The notes beneath the pieces were generated by a model. The model made no database searches and was not told where the DNA came from. It saw only the letters and a list, made by a program, of their open reading frames with translations. Shown piece by piece: positions 41,422-52,896 of a stretch of 62,066 nt of DNA (position 1 is the stretch's first letter; every line of letters begins with the position of its first letter). A program made the position numbers and the translations under genes. Origin of the DNA: a virus. Its lineage: Duplodnaviria > Heunggongvirae > Uroviricota > Caudoviricetes. The DNA lies in the IMG/VR virus record IMGVR_UViG_3300006204_000004, positions 1-62,066 of that record, one strand, 5' to 3'.

Positions 41422-42433
41422 AAAAGATAAAATGAATTTGATTCAACTATATCCATACAAAACAAACAAAGAGCTTTGTGAAATCTTAGAAAAAACAGAT
41501 GGTCAATTACGAGGAATGAAAAGTCATTTGGGATTAAATCAAAAATTCAAACCGTTAACATTAAAAGAAAAAGAAGAAATCGAAAAGTTTTATAAAAACA
41601 ATCCAAATGAAATGAATTTAGAAGAATTTTCTAAAAAGTTAGGAAGACAAAAAACTTCTATATCTAGGTACGCAAGAAAAATAGGATTAACAAAATATAA
41701 TAGAAAATTTTCAAAGCAATCAATAGAAAAGATGAAAAATAGTTTGTCTATTTATCGTGAAACAGATACATATAAAAATATTGTACTCAAAAGTCAAACA
41801 TCTTTACTTAAATATTATGCTCAAAATGAACATCCAAGGGGAATGCTAAATAAGCATCATACCGACTATACAAAAAACAAAATGTCAAAATCACATATCG
41901 AACTATCAAAGAAAATGACATATGAAGAAAAACATAAAATTGCAATGAAAGCTGTTGAAACAAAAAGAAAAACTGGTGGTTTTCATACAACATCAAATGC
42001 GTATTCGCGATGTAAGGGTGGCTACAGAAATGATTTAAATCAATATTTTAGGAGTGCCTGGGAAGCAAATATAGCTAGATTGTTAAATCACTTTAATATA
42101 ATATGGAAATACGAAATAAAAAGATTTAATTTTGATAAAGAAGTAAGCGGAGTCATTAGTTATCAACCCGATTTTTATTTGCCACAATATGATATATGGA
42201 TAGAAGTAAAAGGTTGGATGGACGCTAAAAGTATAAAACGATTAGAATTATTTGAAAAATATTTTCCTTGTGAATACAAGAAATTGTTTTTAATAGATGA
42301 AAAGGTATACAACGACTTAAATAAAATATATGCATCATCAATTAAGAATTGGGAACATAAAGGAAAATATTTAAAAACAGGATACGATAAAGAAAATCCA
42401 AGAACAGAAATTGAGGTAATTACTCATGACTGA
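41360..42433 (+). CDS. free-standing homing-endonuclease-like protein
   Basis: Myb-like repeat, NUMOD3-like HHTDYTKNKMSKSH, C-terminal FRSAWEANIA...YQPDFYL...WIEVKGW. Confidence 0.7.
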   Translation: MNMLKSNVQNERETKTSPWTEKDKMNLIQLYPYKTNKELCEILEKTDGQLRGMKSHLGLNQKFKPLTLKEKEEIEKFYKNNPNEMNLEEFSKKLGRQKTSISRYARKIGLTKYNRKFSKQSIEKMKNSLSIYRETDTYKNIVLKSQTSLLKYYAQNEHPRGMLNKHHTDYTKNKMSKSHIELSKKMTYEEKHKIAMKAVETKRKTGGFHTTSNAYSRCKGGYRNDLNQYFRSAWEANIARLLNHFNIIWKYEIKRFNFDKEVSGVISYQPDFYLPQYDIWIEVKGWMDAKSIKRLELFEKYFPCEYKKLFLIDEKVYNDLNKIYASSIKNWEHKGKYLKTGYDKENPRTEIEVITHD

Positions 42434-42608
42434 TTTAGAAATATCGAATTATTTAGTACAACATTATTATAAAGTAAATTCGCAAAATTTTCTCATGGAT
42501 GTATTAAATACAAGTCCACAAATTATAAACGAAAATTATAATTTTGAGACAAAAATAATGACTATTATAACACCAACTAATACATTTTCGTTTAAATGGA
42601 ATTATTGA
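42426..42608 (+). CDS. hypothetical protein
   Basis: GAGG RBS, 60 aa. Confidence 0.55.
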   Translation: MTDLEISNYLVQHYYKVNSQNFLMDVLNTSPQIINENYNFETKIMTIITPTNTFSFKWNY

Positions 42609-42626
42609 TAAAAGGAGACAACAACA

Positions 42627-42962
42627 ATGTTTGAAAAAATTAAAGAATATATTACATATAAAAGAAATAAGAAAATTGCTAAAAGAGAAGTTATGCAGAT
42701 GCTCTCCTCTACCCTGCCTGTTATTAGAGAATTTACTGAACATAAAGCAGCTACACTTGATTTTATTAAAAATACTGTTTTAGCTGCAAAAAATATGGAT
42801 AGTTCTGAGCTGGTAAATATGGTTATTGATACTTTTGCAGATAAATTTTCTGTAGATCATGAAAGATTCATTGAAGTTGGTTCTTATTTAATTGGTTTAT
42901 CTCCAGAAGAAATGCAGAAAATTTTAGTACATTCAATGATTGAAACTATTCCAAAAAAATAA
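42627..42962 (+). CDS. hypothetical protein
   Basis: AAAGGAG RBS; followed by ATAGCACTAT/ATAGTGCTAT hairpin. Confidence 0.7.
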   Translation: MFEKIKEYITYKRNKKIAKREVMQMLSSTLPVIREFTEHKAATLDFIKNTVLAAKNMDSSELVNMVIDTFADKFSVDHERFIEVGSYLIGLSPEEMQKILVHSMIETIPKK

Positions 42963-43049
42963 AACAAAATAGCACTATATCTCTATAGTGCTATTTTATC
43001 ACTTCTACCCTTGTTATAAATAATTATTAATCATTTATAATGTAGAACC

Positions 43050-43205
43050 TTACTTATTATAAAATGTACTATCGATTTTAATGCCGTTCTGGTCAACTGT
43101 GCAATGAAAATCTTTAGTATTCTTGGAAAAGATACTATGTACCAGATAGTAAGCCAATCCAAGTATTACAATGTTCAGAATAAAATTGAGTATTAGTTCT
43201 ACCAT
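43050..43205 (-). CDS. small membrane peptide (51 aa), type I toxin-like
   Basis: GGGAGGTG RBS; MVELILNFILNIVILGLAYYLVHSIFSKNTKDF... Confidence 0.6.
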   Translation of the reverse strand: MVELILNFILNIVILGLAYYLVHSIFSKNTKDFHCTVDQNGIKIDSTFYNK

Positions 43206-43428
43206 CTTTCACCTCCCTTCCGTGGTATAGATAACGGTTGGGAATAATAATGTGGAGAACCCACAGATGTATTTTCTTCCAAGAGCGTTACACTCACTTT
43301 CTCTTGTGTAAACAAGAATGTGAAATTAGCAGTTACACTACTTGACTAGTCTTGATTCATTAACGATTATATCATTTTAGAAGAGCGGTGTATATACAGA
43401 ACATATATTCAAAATAATAGGAATAATT

Positions 43429-43854
43429 ATGTCAAAAATAATTAAAAACATATCAGATTTGCAGACTATATTAGAGCCGTTTATAGAAAAAGCAATTGAA
43501 AATGCTTGTAATAGATTACTCGGAACTTTACAAGAGATAATCGATACTGAATTTTATGATGTATTCAATCCAGATTACTATATTCGCACATATCAGTTCT
43601 GGAAATCAGCTACAACAAAAATGTTAAACAAAACTTGTGGTCAAGTTTTTATGGATGTATCTGCTATGGACTACGGAGAATTTTGGTCAGGTGAAATTCA
43701 ATTACAAGCCGCTAATATAGGCAGTCATGGTGGATGGATTACTGATTCAACAAGAGAACACAGATTTTGGGATTCATTTATCAAGTATTGCAATAATAAT
43801 TGCGTACAAATTCTAAAAGAGGAATTGAGAAAACAAGGAATTCCTATAAAATAA
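43429..43854 (+). CDS. putative tail/neck component
   Basis: Directly upstream of tape measure; YYIRTYQF motif. Confidence 0.5.
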   Translation: MSKIIKNISDLQTILEPFIEKAIENACNRLLGTLQEIIDTEFYDVFNPDYYIRTYQFWKSATTKMLNKTCGQVFMDVSAMDYGEFWSGEIQLQAANIGSHGGWITDSTREHRFWDSFIKYCNNNCVQILKEELRKQGIPIK

Positions 43855-43940
43855 TTAATAAAATAATAATATACTCTACTCTCCTACTCTATCAGGAGAG
43901 ATTTTTAATTTCAAGAATAGATTAGGAGGTAGAAATTTTA

Positions 43941-46471
43941 ATGAACGAATTTTTAATACAGCTTCAGGCGATATTAGACAAAGAAACGTCCAAAGGCAAT
44001 ATCAATAAATCCATTGGACGGATTCAGAATCAGATCAATAAATTAAAGATACAGGCAGAAATTGATCCTAAATTAATAATTACTCTCAAAAAACAGTTAG
44101 AAAAAATAACAAACCAGAAAATAGACTTATCTAATATTAATATAGATACACCAAAAATTAATAAAGTAGGGAAACAGGCTGGAGAACAGGTTGGAAAACA
44201 ACTGGGACAAGGCATATCAAATGGGCTAAAGGACAATACTAATATTTTAGAAAGTTTCAAAAAATCTTTAGAAAATATGAAAATGGGTTCTAAGGATATA
44301 GAAACCGTTGTAAATACCATTAATGAACTTGGAATAAGTATTAATTCTCTAAAACAGTCAAAAAATAATAAAGGTATCTTATCTGTAGAAGTTTCAGGTA
44401 TTGATAAGGCAGGACAGGCTATCAAAGTAATTGAGTCATTTGAGAGGGAAAATGGAAAACTGCTTAAAAGTATCAGCTCTGTGTCAACTGCACATCAAAA
44501 ACAATCCTCCGAAATTGACAAATATTATACAAATTATGCAAACAGATTATCCAGTTTGCAAACAAAATATGCAAAAGCCAGTATTGATTACAGCAGCTTT
44601 GAAAAAGATTTAGAAAAATTCAAAAATGGCGAAGTGACTATTAATGAACTGAGTAAATCTTTTAATACCCTTGAAAATGCTGCAAAAAGAGGAATCCAGA
44701 GTTTAAAAAGCCAAACCTCATCTTTTGACCCAATTACACAAGCTATAAACAATATGCGCGACTTGCCATCTATGCTGCAAAAATTAGAAGCTGGAATGAA
44801 TGGGGTCAAGGATCAGACAAGCCTGGCAGATGTAGTAATTGAAGATTTATATAAAGATTATCAAAGCCTTAAAAATATAATGTCTAATAATGGCGGGAAA
44901 GTACCGCTTACAGAAGAATGGACATCTAAATACCAGAATTTAATGTCAACGGTTGCCTCAGCAACAAAACAAGTTGAAGCATTAAAAAAAGCAGAAGCAT
45001 CCGACAATTCACAGACAACCAGGCAAGCAAATTATTATTCAGAAATATTATCAAATTACAGACAAATCTATTCATTAAAAAAAAAATTATTGGCTGCTGG
45101 AAAAGAAGAAAGCAAAGTCATTGAAAACCAAATTCGTTCTTTAAAAAACGCAAATACGGAAAATTACAAGCAGTTAAATAATCAAGGGTTATCTGATAAA
45201 AGCTGGCAGGATGAAGTAAAAACATTAAAGAAAAAGCTCGATTACGCTTACCAAATTTCTATTGCACGACAAAATGATAAAAATACAGCAAAAGAACAGT
45301 CCCAAATTACCAAAGAACAAATACAATCTGAAAAAGAACGTCTGGCTTTATTAGAAAGCCAAAAGCAGGCATTAGCAGTCCATGCAAAAGAAAAAGCAAA
45401 AACAACTGCCCAGCAGGAAGCCAACCAGCAAAAAGAAATCAATTCCATTCTATCCAGACAGCAGAATGCATACAAAGAAATTTGGAATATAAAAAAACAG
45501 ACTGCAACATTAGACCCAAATCAAAATGAAAACCAATTGTCAGCGTTAAATGAAAAAAAGAAATTTTATCAAGAAATCTTTTTAGCTGCCCAGAAAGAGC
45601 TGCAGGCATATAATAATATTTCCATATCACAAGAACACTTAAATTCATTATCCGAAATAAGAAAAAGAACAGAATCTGAAATTGCTGTTGCTGTTGCAAA
45701 GCAAGCAGAATTAAAAGCAAATAAAATTCAATTTCAGATTGATACGGGCGGTTATGAATCAAAAGTACAATCATTGGTTTCGCGTACAATGCAATGGACT
45801 GATGGAAACGGTAATGCAAGGATCAGTACAGATGCATTGAGACAATCATTAGAAAGATTGAATGCTGCTTCTGCTGCATATGCAAATAACAAGACAGAAG
45901 AAACACAAAGAAGGCTGATTGAAGCAGACAAAGAACTGGATAGGCAGATAAAAACAGTTACAAATTCCATACGTAAAATGAATGCTGAACTAGCAAAGGA
46001 TTCTGTTATTTCTACTCTGCATAATAAGATCCAATCGTTTTATGACAATAACAGTGCTGCACATGGACGTTGGGGTGCGCAGTTAAAAAAGATGCTGTCT
46101 GAAACTGCATCAGGCGCAAAACTGACAACTCAGAGGGTACGTGAGATCGAACAGTCATTCAATGGTGTGACAATAGCGGCGAGACAGGCTGGAAAAGTTG
46201 GAAAATCATGGCTTCAGAGTTTAAAAGAGTCTACCAAATATTTTGCTTATTTTGCAAGTCCGACGTTCATCACTATGAAAGCTATATCTGAAATCAAACA
46301 GGGTGTAAATGCTGTTAAAGAATTAGATACCGCATTAGTAGATTTAAAGAAAACTACCACTATGACATCCAGCCAGTTAGAACAGTTTTATTATGATTCT
46401 AATAATACGGCAAAACAAATGGGTGTTGCTACAAGTGAAATAATTGATCAGGCAAGCGCTTGGTCTAGGTT
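43941..46471 (+). CDS. tape measure protein, exon 1
   Basis: Long Ala/Gln/Lys-rich coiled coil; ELDTALVDLKKTT...QASAWSR; joins 47720 to give WSR-L-GYS. Confidence 0.9.
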
Positions 46472-47719
46472 TAATAAAATAGACCCCCTATATGGTGACA
46501 TGTAGGTAAACAGTTAGCTCAAATCGGTGAAACTCCAGAGATGGACAATACCGAGGGTAAGACTAAAATATTTATGAATAATATGGCAAATTTTTTAGAA
46601 TGTATTTGTAAATATCATTTTTTTATTTTATAGAAAGGTAAGTGATAAATATATCGTGGAATTCAATTGATAAAACAGGTCATAAGTTTAATATGTTGAC
46701 TACCATTGAAAGATTACCAAATTATAAAGGAAATAGCAAAACATACTATAAATGTTTATGTGATTGTGGTAATTTTCATTATGTTTCAAATGATAATTTA
46801 GGGAAAACATATTCGTGTGGTTGTGTAAACAAACAAGCAATATCACAAAGAAAAGATTATACTGGTGAAAAATTTAATAACTTGACAGTGACAAAAATGT
46901 TATATAATTATAAAAATAATCATACATATTGTGAATGTATTTGTGATTGTGGTAATACAACAATTGCATATATTGGCAATATTAAATCAGGAAAAACTAA
47001 ATCATGTGGTTGTATTGAAACAAATTCAAGATTTGGTAGAAAAAATCATGAGAAAAATTTAGTTGGAAAGCAATTTGGACATTTAACAGTAATTAAATTA
47101 ACAGATAAGAGATATTCAAATTGTAATGTTGGTTGGTTATGTGAATGTGATTGTGGAAATCAAATTATTGTACGTTCTGGAAACTTAATTAGCGGTAAAA
47201 CACGCTCTTGTGGTTGTAACAAAACAAGTAAATATGAGGAATATGTAGAAAACATATTAGATGAACTAAATATTACATATAGTAGAGAATTCAGATTTAA
47301 TGATTGTCGCAACCATTTTCCCCTACCATTTGATTTTTATATTGAATATAAGCATAAAAAGTATTGTATAGAATGTCAAGGTCAACAACACTACGAACCT
47401 GTAAAACATTTTGGTGGCAAAAATAGATTAGAAACCACACAATTAAATGATAAAATTAAAAAAGAATATTGCGAATCAAATAATATTACTTTGATATGTT
47501 TGCCATATACATTATCAAAGATTGAGATGAAAGAAATGATTATAAATATTTTAGATCCCGTAACGACCACAGTTGCATAAGTAATTATGTGACATATGCT
47601 AACCATCTTAATAAGATGAAGGTATGGTCTGGTCTGCAAATATAATCTAATATTGAAATTGCAGAGATAGGCAGAAATGACCTATCCCTTTTTATTAATA
47701 TAAAAAGAGTAACAAAACG
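46472..47719 (+). mobile_element. group I intron (1248 nt) in the tape measure gene
   Basis: P1 GGUU/GACC with U-G pair; P3 GUUAGC/GCUAAC; P4-P5 AAAUCGGUGAAA...AAUACCGAG; P7 A(C)GACCA/UGGUCU; ends AACAAAACG. Confidence 0.92.
46642..47580 (+). CDS. intron-encoded endonuclease (CxCDCG repeats plus DUF559/Vsr-like nuclease domain)
   Basis: Three CxCDCG...SCGC repeats; LPFDFY...IECQGQQHY; ORF runs into P7. Confidence 0.8.
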   Translation: MINISWNSIDKTGHKFNMLTTIERLPNYKGNSKTYYKCLCDCGNFHYVSNDNLGKTYSCGCVNKQAISQRKDYTGEKFNNLTVTKMLYNYKNNHTYCECICDCGNTTIAYIGNIKSGKTKSCGCIETNSRFGRKNHEKNLVGKQFGHLTVIKLTDKRYSNCNVGWLCECDCGNQIIVRSGNLISGKTRSCGCNKTSKYEEYVENILDELNITYSREFRFNDCRNHFPLPFDFYIEYKHKKYCIECQGQQHYEPVKHFGGKNRLETTQLNDKIKKEYCESNNITLICLPYTLSKIEMKEMIINILDPVTTTVA

Positions 47720-48629
47720 AGGATACTCAAGCTCAGAAGCTGCTACACAAATGGCTAAATACAGTTCTCATTTTAAAAGTATTTCTCCTGGAATGAATAT
47801 TGATGAAGCAACAACTTCTCTTGTATCAATTATGAAAGCTTATGATATAGATGTCAATAATGTATTAGATGGCATTATGAGCAAAATTAATGACATTGGC
47901 AATAAATTTGGTACTTCTAATACTGAGATTGCAGAAGGATTGAAAAAATCTTCTGCTGCTATGGCTGCTGTAGGTAGTAGTCTTGAAGATAATATTGCTT
48001 TATTTACTGCTGGTCAAGAAATTGTACAAGATGCATCACAAGTCGGTAATGCTATCCGTAGTATTGCACTTCGCATTAGAGGATACGATGAAGAAACTGA
48101 GCAATTATCAGAGGATCTTGTTGATGTCACTGGTAAAGTTGCAAATTTAACAAAAGTTGCAAGTAATGGTGGGCGTGGAATTTCTTTGTTTACTGATACA
48201 TCACAAACAGAATATAAAAGCCTAGTAACTTATCTTGGTGAAATTTCTGACATTTGGGATGAACTGGATCAAAAATCTCAAAATGAGTTACTTGATAAAT
48301 TATTTGGCAAAAACAGGGCGCAAGTAGGCGCTGCTATTATTAAGAATTTTGATGCAGTTAGGAATTCTATTGAGGCAATGGGTAATAGTACTGGTAGTGC
48401 CGACAGGGAAATGAATGTAATAATGGATGGGCTTGATTATAAATTAAACCGTCTAAAAGAAACGGGAACTGGCATAGCACAAAATTTATTTCAACGTGAT
48501 GAGATGAAATCTATTGTGGATAGATTAACTTCTTTCTTAGAAGTCATTGATTCACTTACTTCAAAAATTGGATTGTTAGGAACAATCGGTTTAGGAGCTG
48601 GCTTATTTGCTGGCATAAAAAACGTCGGT
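47720..48629 (+). CDS. tape measure protein, exon 2
   Basis: GYSSEAATQMAK...IALFTAGQEIVQDASQVGNAIRSIALRIRG...LFGKNRA; ends on a codon boundary at KNVG. Confidence 0.9.
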
Positions 48630-49057
48630 AGGGATAAAATGTATTCCCTTATTTGTTATTTGTTTTGAAAGTGCCGACTATAATATGTGTTCTTTGGGAC
48701 ACCAAAGTTTTCATATTATCGTCTATGCGACACATAGATGTAAATGCTCGATATGGTCTGAATAGACTTATGTACATAATTGCATAACTGGGAAGCAAGT
48801 AAAGTCTATACTACTCTCCTATTATGGTAACATAATAAGGTTCGTAAAAATGTATAGATTCTTGTGGTCAGCACGGAAGATTCTATTTTTTAGAATAACC
48901 GCCACGGTAATGAAATGGGCATAATATAATATTGCAATATATTATATTAAATAGACATTCGGTACTAAACTAAGCACGATGGTTGAATTATGAGTAGAAA
49001 TCTATCTTCTACTTTCGTGTATGTGGGCTTACGTTATCTAAGTTGATAGAGCGATAA
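48630..49057 (+). ncRNA. group I ribozyme core (5' part of the giant intron)
   Basis: Helices appear in the canonical order P1-P2-P3-P4/P6-P7-P3'-P8-P7'-P9; P4 and P7 are slightly irregular. Confidence 0.8.
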
Positions 49058-49154
49058 CATATATGAACAATTGAAATAAGGCTACCGCAATCCCACTGGC
49101 TTTAGACGGTGGGTCAAGGTAGCCAAAAGTAACGGTTTATGATATACTTATGAC

Positions 49155-49292
49155 ATGGGAACATGGAAAGCAAAAAACAGACGCAAACACTTTTGGAAGG
49201 GACGCACTTTCTGGACAGGCGGATATTTTGCATGTAGTGTGGGGGATGTTTCAGGAGAAATGCTGCGTAAATATATAGAAAACCAAGGATAG
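49155..49292 (+). pseudogene. tnpA: internally deleted Y1 transposase (45 aa)
   Basis: MGTWKAKNRRK fused to HFWKGRTFWTGGYFACSVG...RKYIENQG; HUH motif missing. Confidence 0.8.
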
Positions 49293-49309
49293 GAAGGCGG
49301 TGGCAGAAA

Positions 49310-50413
49310 ATGTTAAAAGCATACAAATATAGGATATATCCAAATAATGAGCAAAAAATACAGATTGCAAAAACATTTGGCTGCTGCCGTTTTGTTTATA
49401 ACCAGACACTTGCATACAGAAAAGAAAAATACGGGAATAGTAAAGAATCCGTTACTAAAACAGGCTGTAATAATTACTGCAACAGGGAATTAAAGAAAAA
49501 GTATGAATGGCTGAAAGAAGCGGACAAATTTGCTCTGACAAATGCCATTTACAATATGGATGCGGCATACCAGAAATTTTTTAAAGGACATGCAGGATAT
49601 CCAAAGTTCAAAAGCAAACATGATAACTATAAATCCTATACGACAAATTTTACAAATGGAAATATAGCAGCAGATTTTGGGCATGGGAAAATAAAACTTC
49701 CAAAATTAAAGACAGTAAAAGCAAAACTGCACAGGAAATTTACAGGAAAAATAAAATCAGCCACAATATCCCAAGTACCAAGTGGAAAATATTATGTGTC
49801 AGTGCTAGTGGAAACAAACCAACCGCAGATGCAGCATACAGATAAAAATATAGGTTTGGATTTGGGAATCAAAGATTTATGCATCACATCAGATGGAGAA
49901 AAGTACGAAAACCCAAAGACAATAAAAAGATATGGGAAAAAACTGGCAAAGCTGCAAAGACAGTTATCCCACAAAGAAAAAGGAAGTAAAAATTATTATA
50001 AACAGAGAAGAAAGATAGCATTGTGCCACGAGAAGGTTACAAATACCAGAAAAAATAACCTGCATAAGATTTCTTATAAAATTATCAGCGAAAACCAAGT
50101 GATAGTTTCAGAAAACTTACAGATCAAGAATATGGTAAAGAACCATCATCTAGCAAAATCTATTACAGATGCATCATGGTATGAGCTGACAAGACAGTTA
50201 GAGTACAAGGCAAAATGGAATGACAGGAAGTATATAAAAATAGATACATTTTATGCCAGCAGCCAGTTGTGTTCTGGTTGTGGGTATCAAAATGTCGATA
50301 CAAAAAATTTATTCGTAAGGGAATGGATATGCCCAATTTGTGGTGCAAAACATGACAGGGATGTTAATGCTGCAAAAAATATTTTAGCAGAAGGATTACG
50401 GCAAATAGCATAA
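49310..50413 (+). CDS. tnpB: RNA-guided endonuclease TnpB
   Basis: [11 protein letters not shown]; RuvC IGLDLG (D), IVSENL (E), [11 protein letters not shown] (D); CSGC/CPIC zinc finger. Confidence 0.95.
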   Translation: MLKAYKYRIYPNNEQKIQIAKTFGCCRFVYNQTLAYRKEKYGNSKESVTKTGCNNYCNRELKKKYEWLKEADKFALTNAIYNMDAAYQKFFKGHAGYPKFKSKHDNYKSYTTNFTNGNIAADFGHGKIKLPKLKTVKAKLHRKFTGKIKSATISQVPSGKYYVSVLVETNQPQMQHTDKNIGLDLGIKDLCITSDGEKYENPKTIKRYGKKLAKLQRQLSHKEKGSKNYYKQRRKIALCHEKVTNTRKNNLHKISYKIISENQVIVSENLQIKNMVKNHHLAKSITDASWYELTRQLEYKAKWNDRKYIKIDTFYASSQLCSGCGYQNVDTKNLFVREWICPICGAKHDRDVNAAKNILAEGLRQIA

Positions 50414-50611
50414 GATAATAAAATATAAATAGGGATGGTGCAGCCCGAATTTACGCCTGTGGAGATAGTAGGTTACGAGGTCGATGAAGCAGGAAGCCCA
50501 TTGGCTTTAGACAATGGGTAGTTCACATAAAATGAAAAGATATAATAGACTTTTTTATCTGATTATGATACAGTTAAAATATAAAAAATTCATAATTGGG
50601 AGGTGGTTTAT

Positions 50612-50803
50612 ATGCCAAGTGCGGCAGATATTATTAGGGATTCTATAAATGAATTTTCAAGATTACAAAATTGGATGTTATCTGTAAAATCAAAGAATGA
50701 TATGGAAACTTATAATTCAATGCATGACAGATATATTGAATTAAAAGTTACATTGTCAAGTTTAGGTGTCAATCTTACGGAATTAGACAAAATTAAGGAA
50801 TAA
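50612..50803 (+). CDS. small hypothetical protein (intron cargo)
   Basis: GGGAGG RBS, MPSAADIIRDSINEFSRLQNWM... Confidence 0.65.
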   Translation: MPSAADIIRDSINEFSRLQNWMLSVKSKNDMETYNSMHDRYIELKVTLSSLGVNLTELDKIKE

Positions 50804-50946
50804 TTTGTAAAAAAACAGCCAGACGAAAATTAGTAATATACAATTTACGTCTGGCAAAATAAAAATACAAAAAGAATATTGACAAAAAACATAAAATACT
50901 CTACTCTGAATATAATAAAAATATTATAGTTTGGAGGTAAACAAAA

Positions 50947-51921
50947 ATGAAAGTATCCAGCCCAAATAAACCAGTACAAACAATAACTAATAAGATAAAA
51001 CGTGAACAAATATTATTCACTCATAAATTGCAGCGCCCAGAAGGTGTATGGAATAACAATCAGAAATCATTACTTATTGATTCACTTCTTAGAGGATATT
51101 TAATAAATCCTACATATACCGTTCTTGAAAACGGTAAGCAGTATGTAATTGATGGTGTACAGCGTCTTTACAGCGTTTATACATTTATTAATGATGGTTA
51201 CAAGTTATCTAAAAATTTGGAACCAATTATTATTGATGATGAAACATATGAAATTGCGGGTAAAAAATATTCAAAATTAGACGAAAAAGTACGTGATGAA
51301 TTATGTTCTGCACAACTACAGGTATGTGAAATTTCTGATTATACTGACAAAGATGTAAGAGAAATGTTCCGCAGACTTAATTCAGGAAAACCTTTAAACA
51401 CAGCTCAAAAAATGACTCCAGATATGTCAGATGAATTAAGTGATGCTGTATTAAATATTATTTCTCATCCATTTTTTAAAAAGGTGCTTACTCCTGCACA
51501 ACTCAAGAGTTCCGTTGATTTATCCATTGCAATGGAAATTTTAATGTTGAGTGAAATAAGCAATGAATATGATTTTGGTTCTTTTAGAAGAGATGATCGC
51601 GAAAAATTTATCCAATATTATAATGATAAAGTTAATGTAGAAAAAATTGAGATAATCAGACAGGGGTTGGATAAACTTGATAAATCATTTGACGAAAAAA
51701 TTAAAATAAATAAAACGACAATTTCTTTCATTTGTTATGGTGCTTATCGCATCATAAAAGACAACAAATCTTTCGAAAAATTTATGGAATCAGTTAATAA
51801 TTTCCTGGCGAATTATGATTTTAATGATGAATATAAGACATTTACACAGCAAGGAACATCTTCTGCTGAAAGTGTAAAAGGCAGACTAGAATACTGGCGA
51901 AATATTATTAGAGAATTGTAA
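50947..51921 (+). CDS. DUF262 (GmrSD N-terminal, ParB-like) domain protein
   Basis: LQRPEGVW...KSLLIDSLLRGY...VIDGVQRL...MFRRLNSGKPL. Confidence 0.85.
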   Translation: MKVSSPNKPVQTITNKIKREQILFTHKLQRPEGVWNNNQKSLLIDSLLRGYLINPTYTVLENGKQYVIDGVQRLYSVYTFINDGYKLSKNLEPIIIDDETYEIAGKKYSKLDEKVRDELCSAQLQVCEISDYTDKDVREMFRRLNSGKPLNTAQKMTPDMSDELSDAVLNIISHPFFKKVLTPAQLKSSVDLSIAMEILMLSEISNEYDFGSFRRDDREKFIQYYNDKVNVEKIEIIRQGLDKLDKSFDEKIKINKTTISFICYGAYRIIKDNKSFEKFMESVNNFLANYDFNDEYKTFTQQGTSSAESVKGRLEYWRNIIREL

Positions 51922-52118
51922 TTAATTTTACCATCAATTATTAAATATAATAAAGTAATTAATGAAATTACATAAATTTTGCTTATTGTTATGTAATATT
52001 CTCTTTCACTAAAAACACTTGGCTTAACTGCTGGGTGTTTTTTAGAATGTATGTTTGCATAGAACTTCCTTTAGAAATATAGTATAATTAAATATTATAT
52101 AACTATAAGGAGAAAATT

Positions 52119-52253
52119 ATGAAGGAGACAAATCAAAAGAATACTAAAGTAGACACTAAAAAGCAAGAACATCTTGCGGTTTTTTCTAAGCAGGCGCAAA
52201 CGGGTGCAAATATAGAACCACCTGTAAAACCTAAAGAAACAAAAAAAGAATGA
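52119..52253 (+). CDS. small basic peptide (44 aa) coupled to the next gene
   Basis: AAGGAG RBS, ...NIEPPVKPKETKKE*. Confidence 0.5.
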   Translation: MKETNQKNTKVDTKKQEHLAVFSKQAQTGANIEPPVKPKETKKE

Positions 52254-52254
52254 G

Positions 52255-52896
52255 GTGAAAAATATAGACTGGATACCTGAATTAATAAACCAAATACCAA
52301 ATGTTATTTCTCATATTGTTTATGGATATGCATTTTTATCAGCTTTTTACTGGTCTTCATTTAAAGATAATAAAGATTTTAATAACCTTATCATTAAAAG
52401 TATAACCATTAATTATATGCTTGTAACTATATATAATATGGTTATAGAAAAGTACGAAATAACTTTTAAACTAAATTATTCTAAAATTATATCATTTTTT
52501 ATAATAAGTGCTTTATTAGGAATAATTATAGGACAAATTATAACACACCGATGGTTTAATATATTTTTAAACAAAATTCATATAGGACGTACAACGAATG
52601 AAAATATATGGGATGATATAATCAAGCCGCATACATGGGTTCGTGGTTTTATGAAAGATGGAAGTTCTTATTTAGGACAATATAGATACGGAGAACCGTT
52701 TAAAAGTGAACCTATTATTGCTCTTACTAATTATCAGAAATTAGATAAAGATTCAGATGTTGTTATTGATCAATCTCAAAATAAAAATGAATTGATTTTA
52801 CTAAATACCAAAGATTTTGAAAAGATAGAAATAACATATTCTGAAAAGATTAAGCTAATGGATAAAATATGGTACTGGCTTACTGGTAATACATAA
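52255..52896 (+). CDS. multi-TM membrane protein (DUF6338-like)
   Basis: Three hydrophobic helices then NIWDD...YLGQY soluble domain. Confidence 0.6.
   Translation: MKNIDWIPELINQIPNVISHIVYGYAFLSAFYWSSFKDNKDFNNLIIKSITINYMLVTIYNMVIEKYEITFKLNYSKIISFFIISALLGIIIGQIITHRWFNIFLNKIHIGRTTNENIWDDIIKPHTWVRGFMKDGSSYLGQYRYGEPFKSEPIIALTNYQKLDKDSDVVIDQSQNKNELILLNTKDFEKIEITYSEKIKLMDKIWYWLTGNT

Larger units (their letters stand above)
49076..50526 (+). mobile_element. IS200/IS605-family element (deleted tnpA plus tnpB)
   Basis: Left hairpin CCCACTGGCTTTAGACGGTGGG; right hairpin CCCATTGGCTTTAGACAATGGG then TAGTTCAC; GC-richer than flanks; exact left boundary uncertain. Confidence 0.88.

Noticed and set aside
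48630-48668. RDKMYSLICYLF* as the real tape-measure C-terminus
   Set aside because: It is read-through into the intron's P1/IGS region
48630-50526. Classical IStron (group I core plus IS605 with the 3' splice site at the IS end)
   Set aside because: The IS ends TTCAC, not G, and no tape-measure frame follows; P9.0, terminal G and P10 match at 61732-61751 instead
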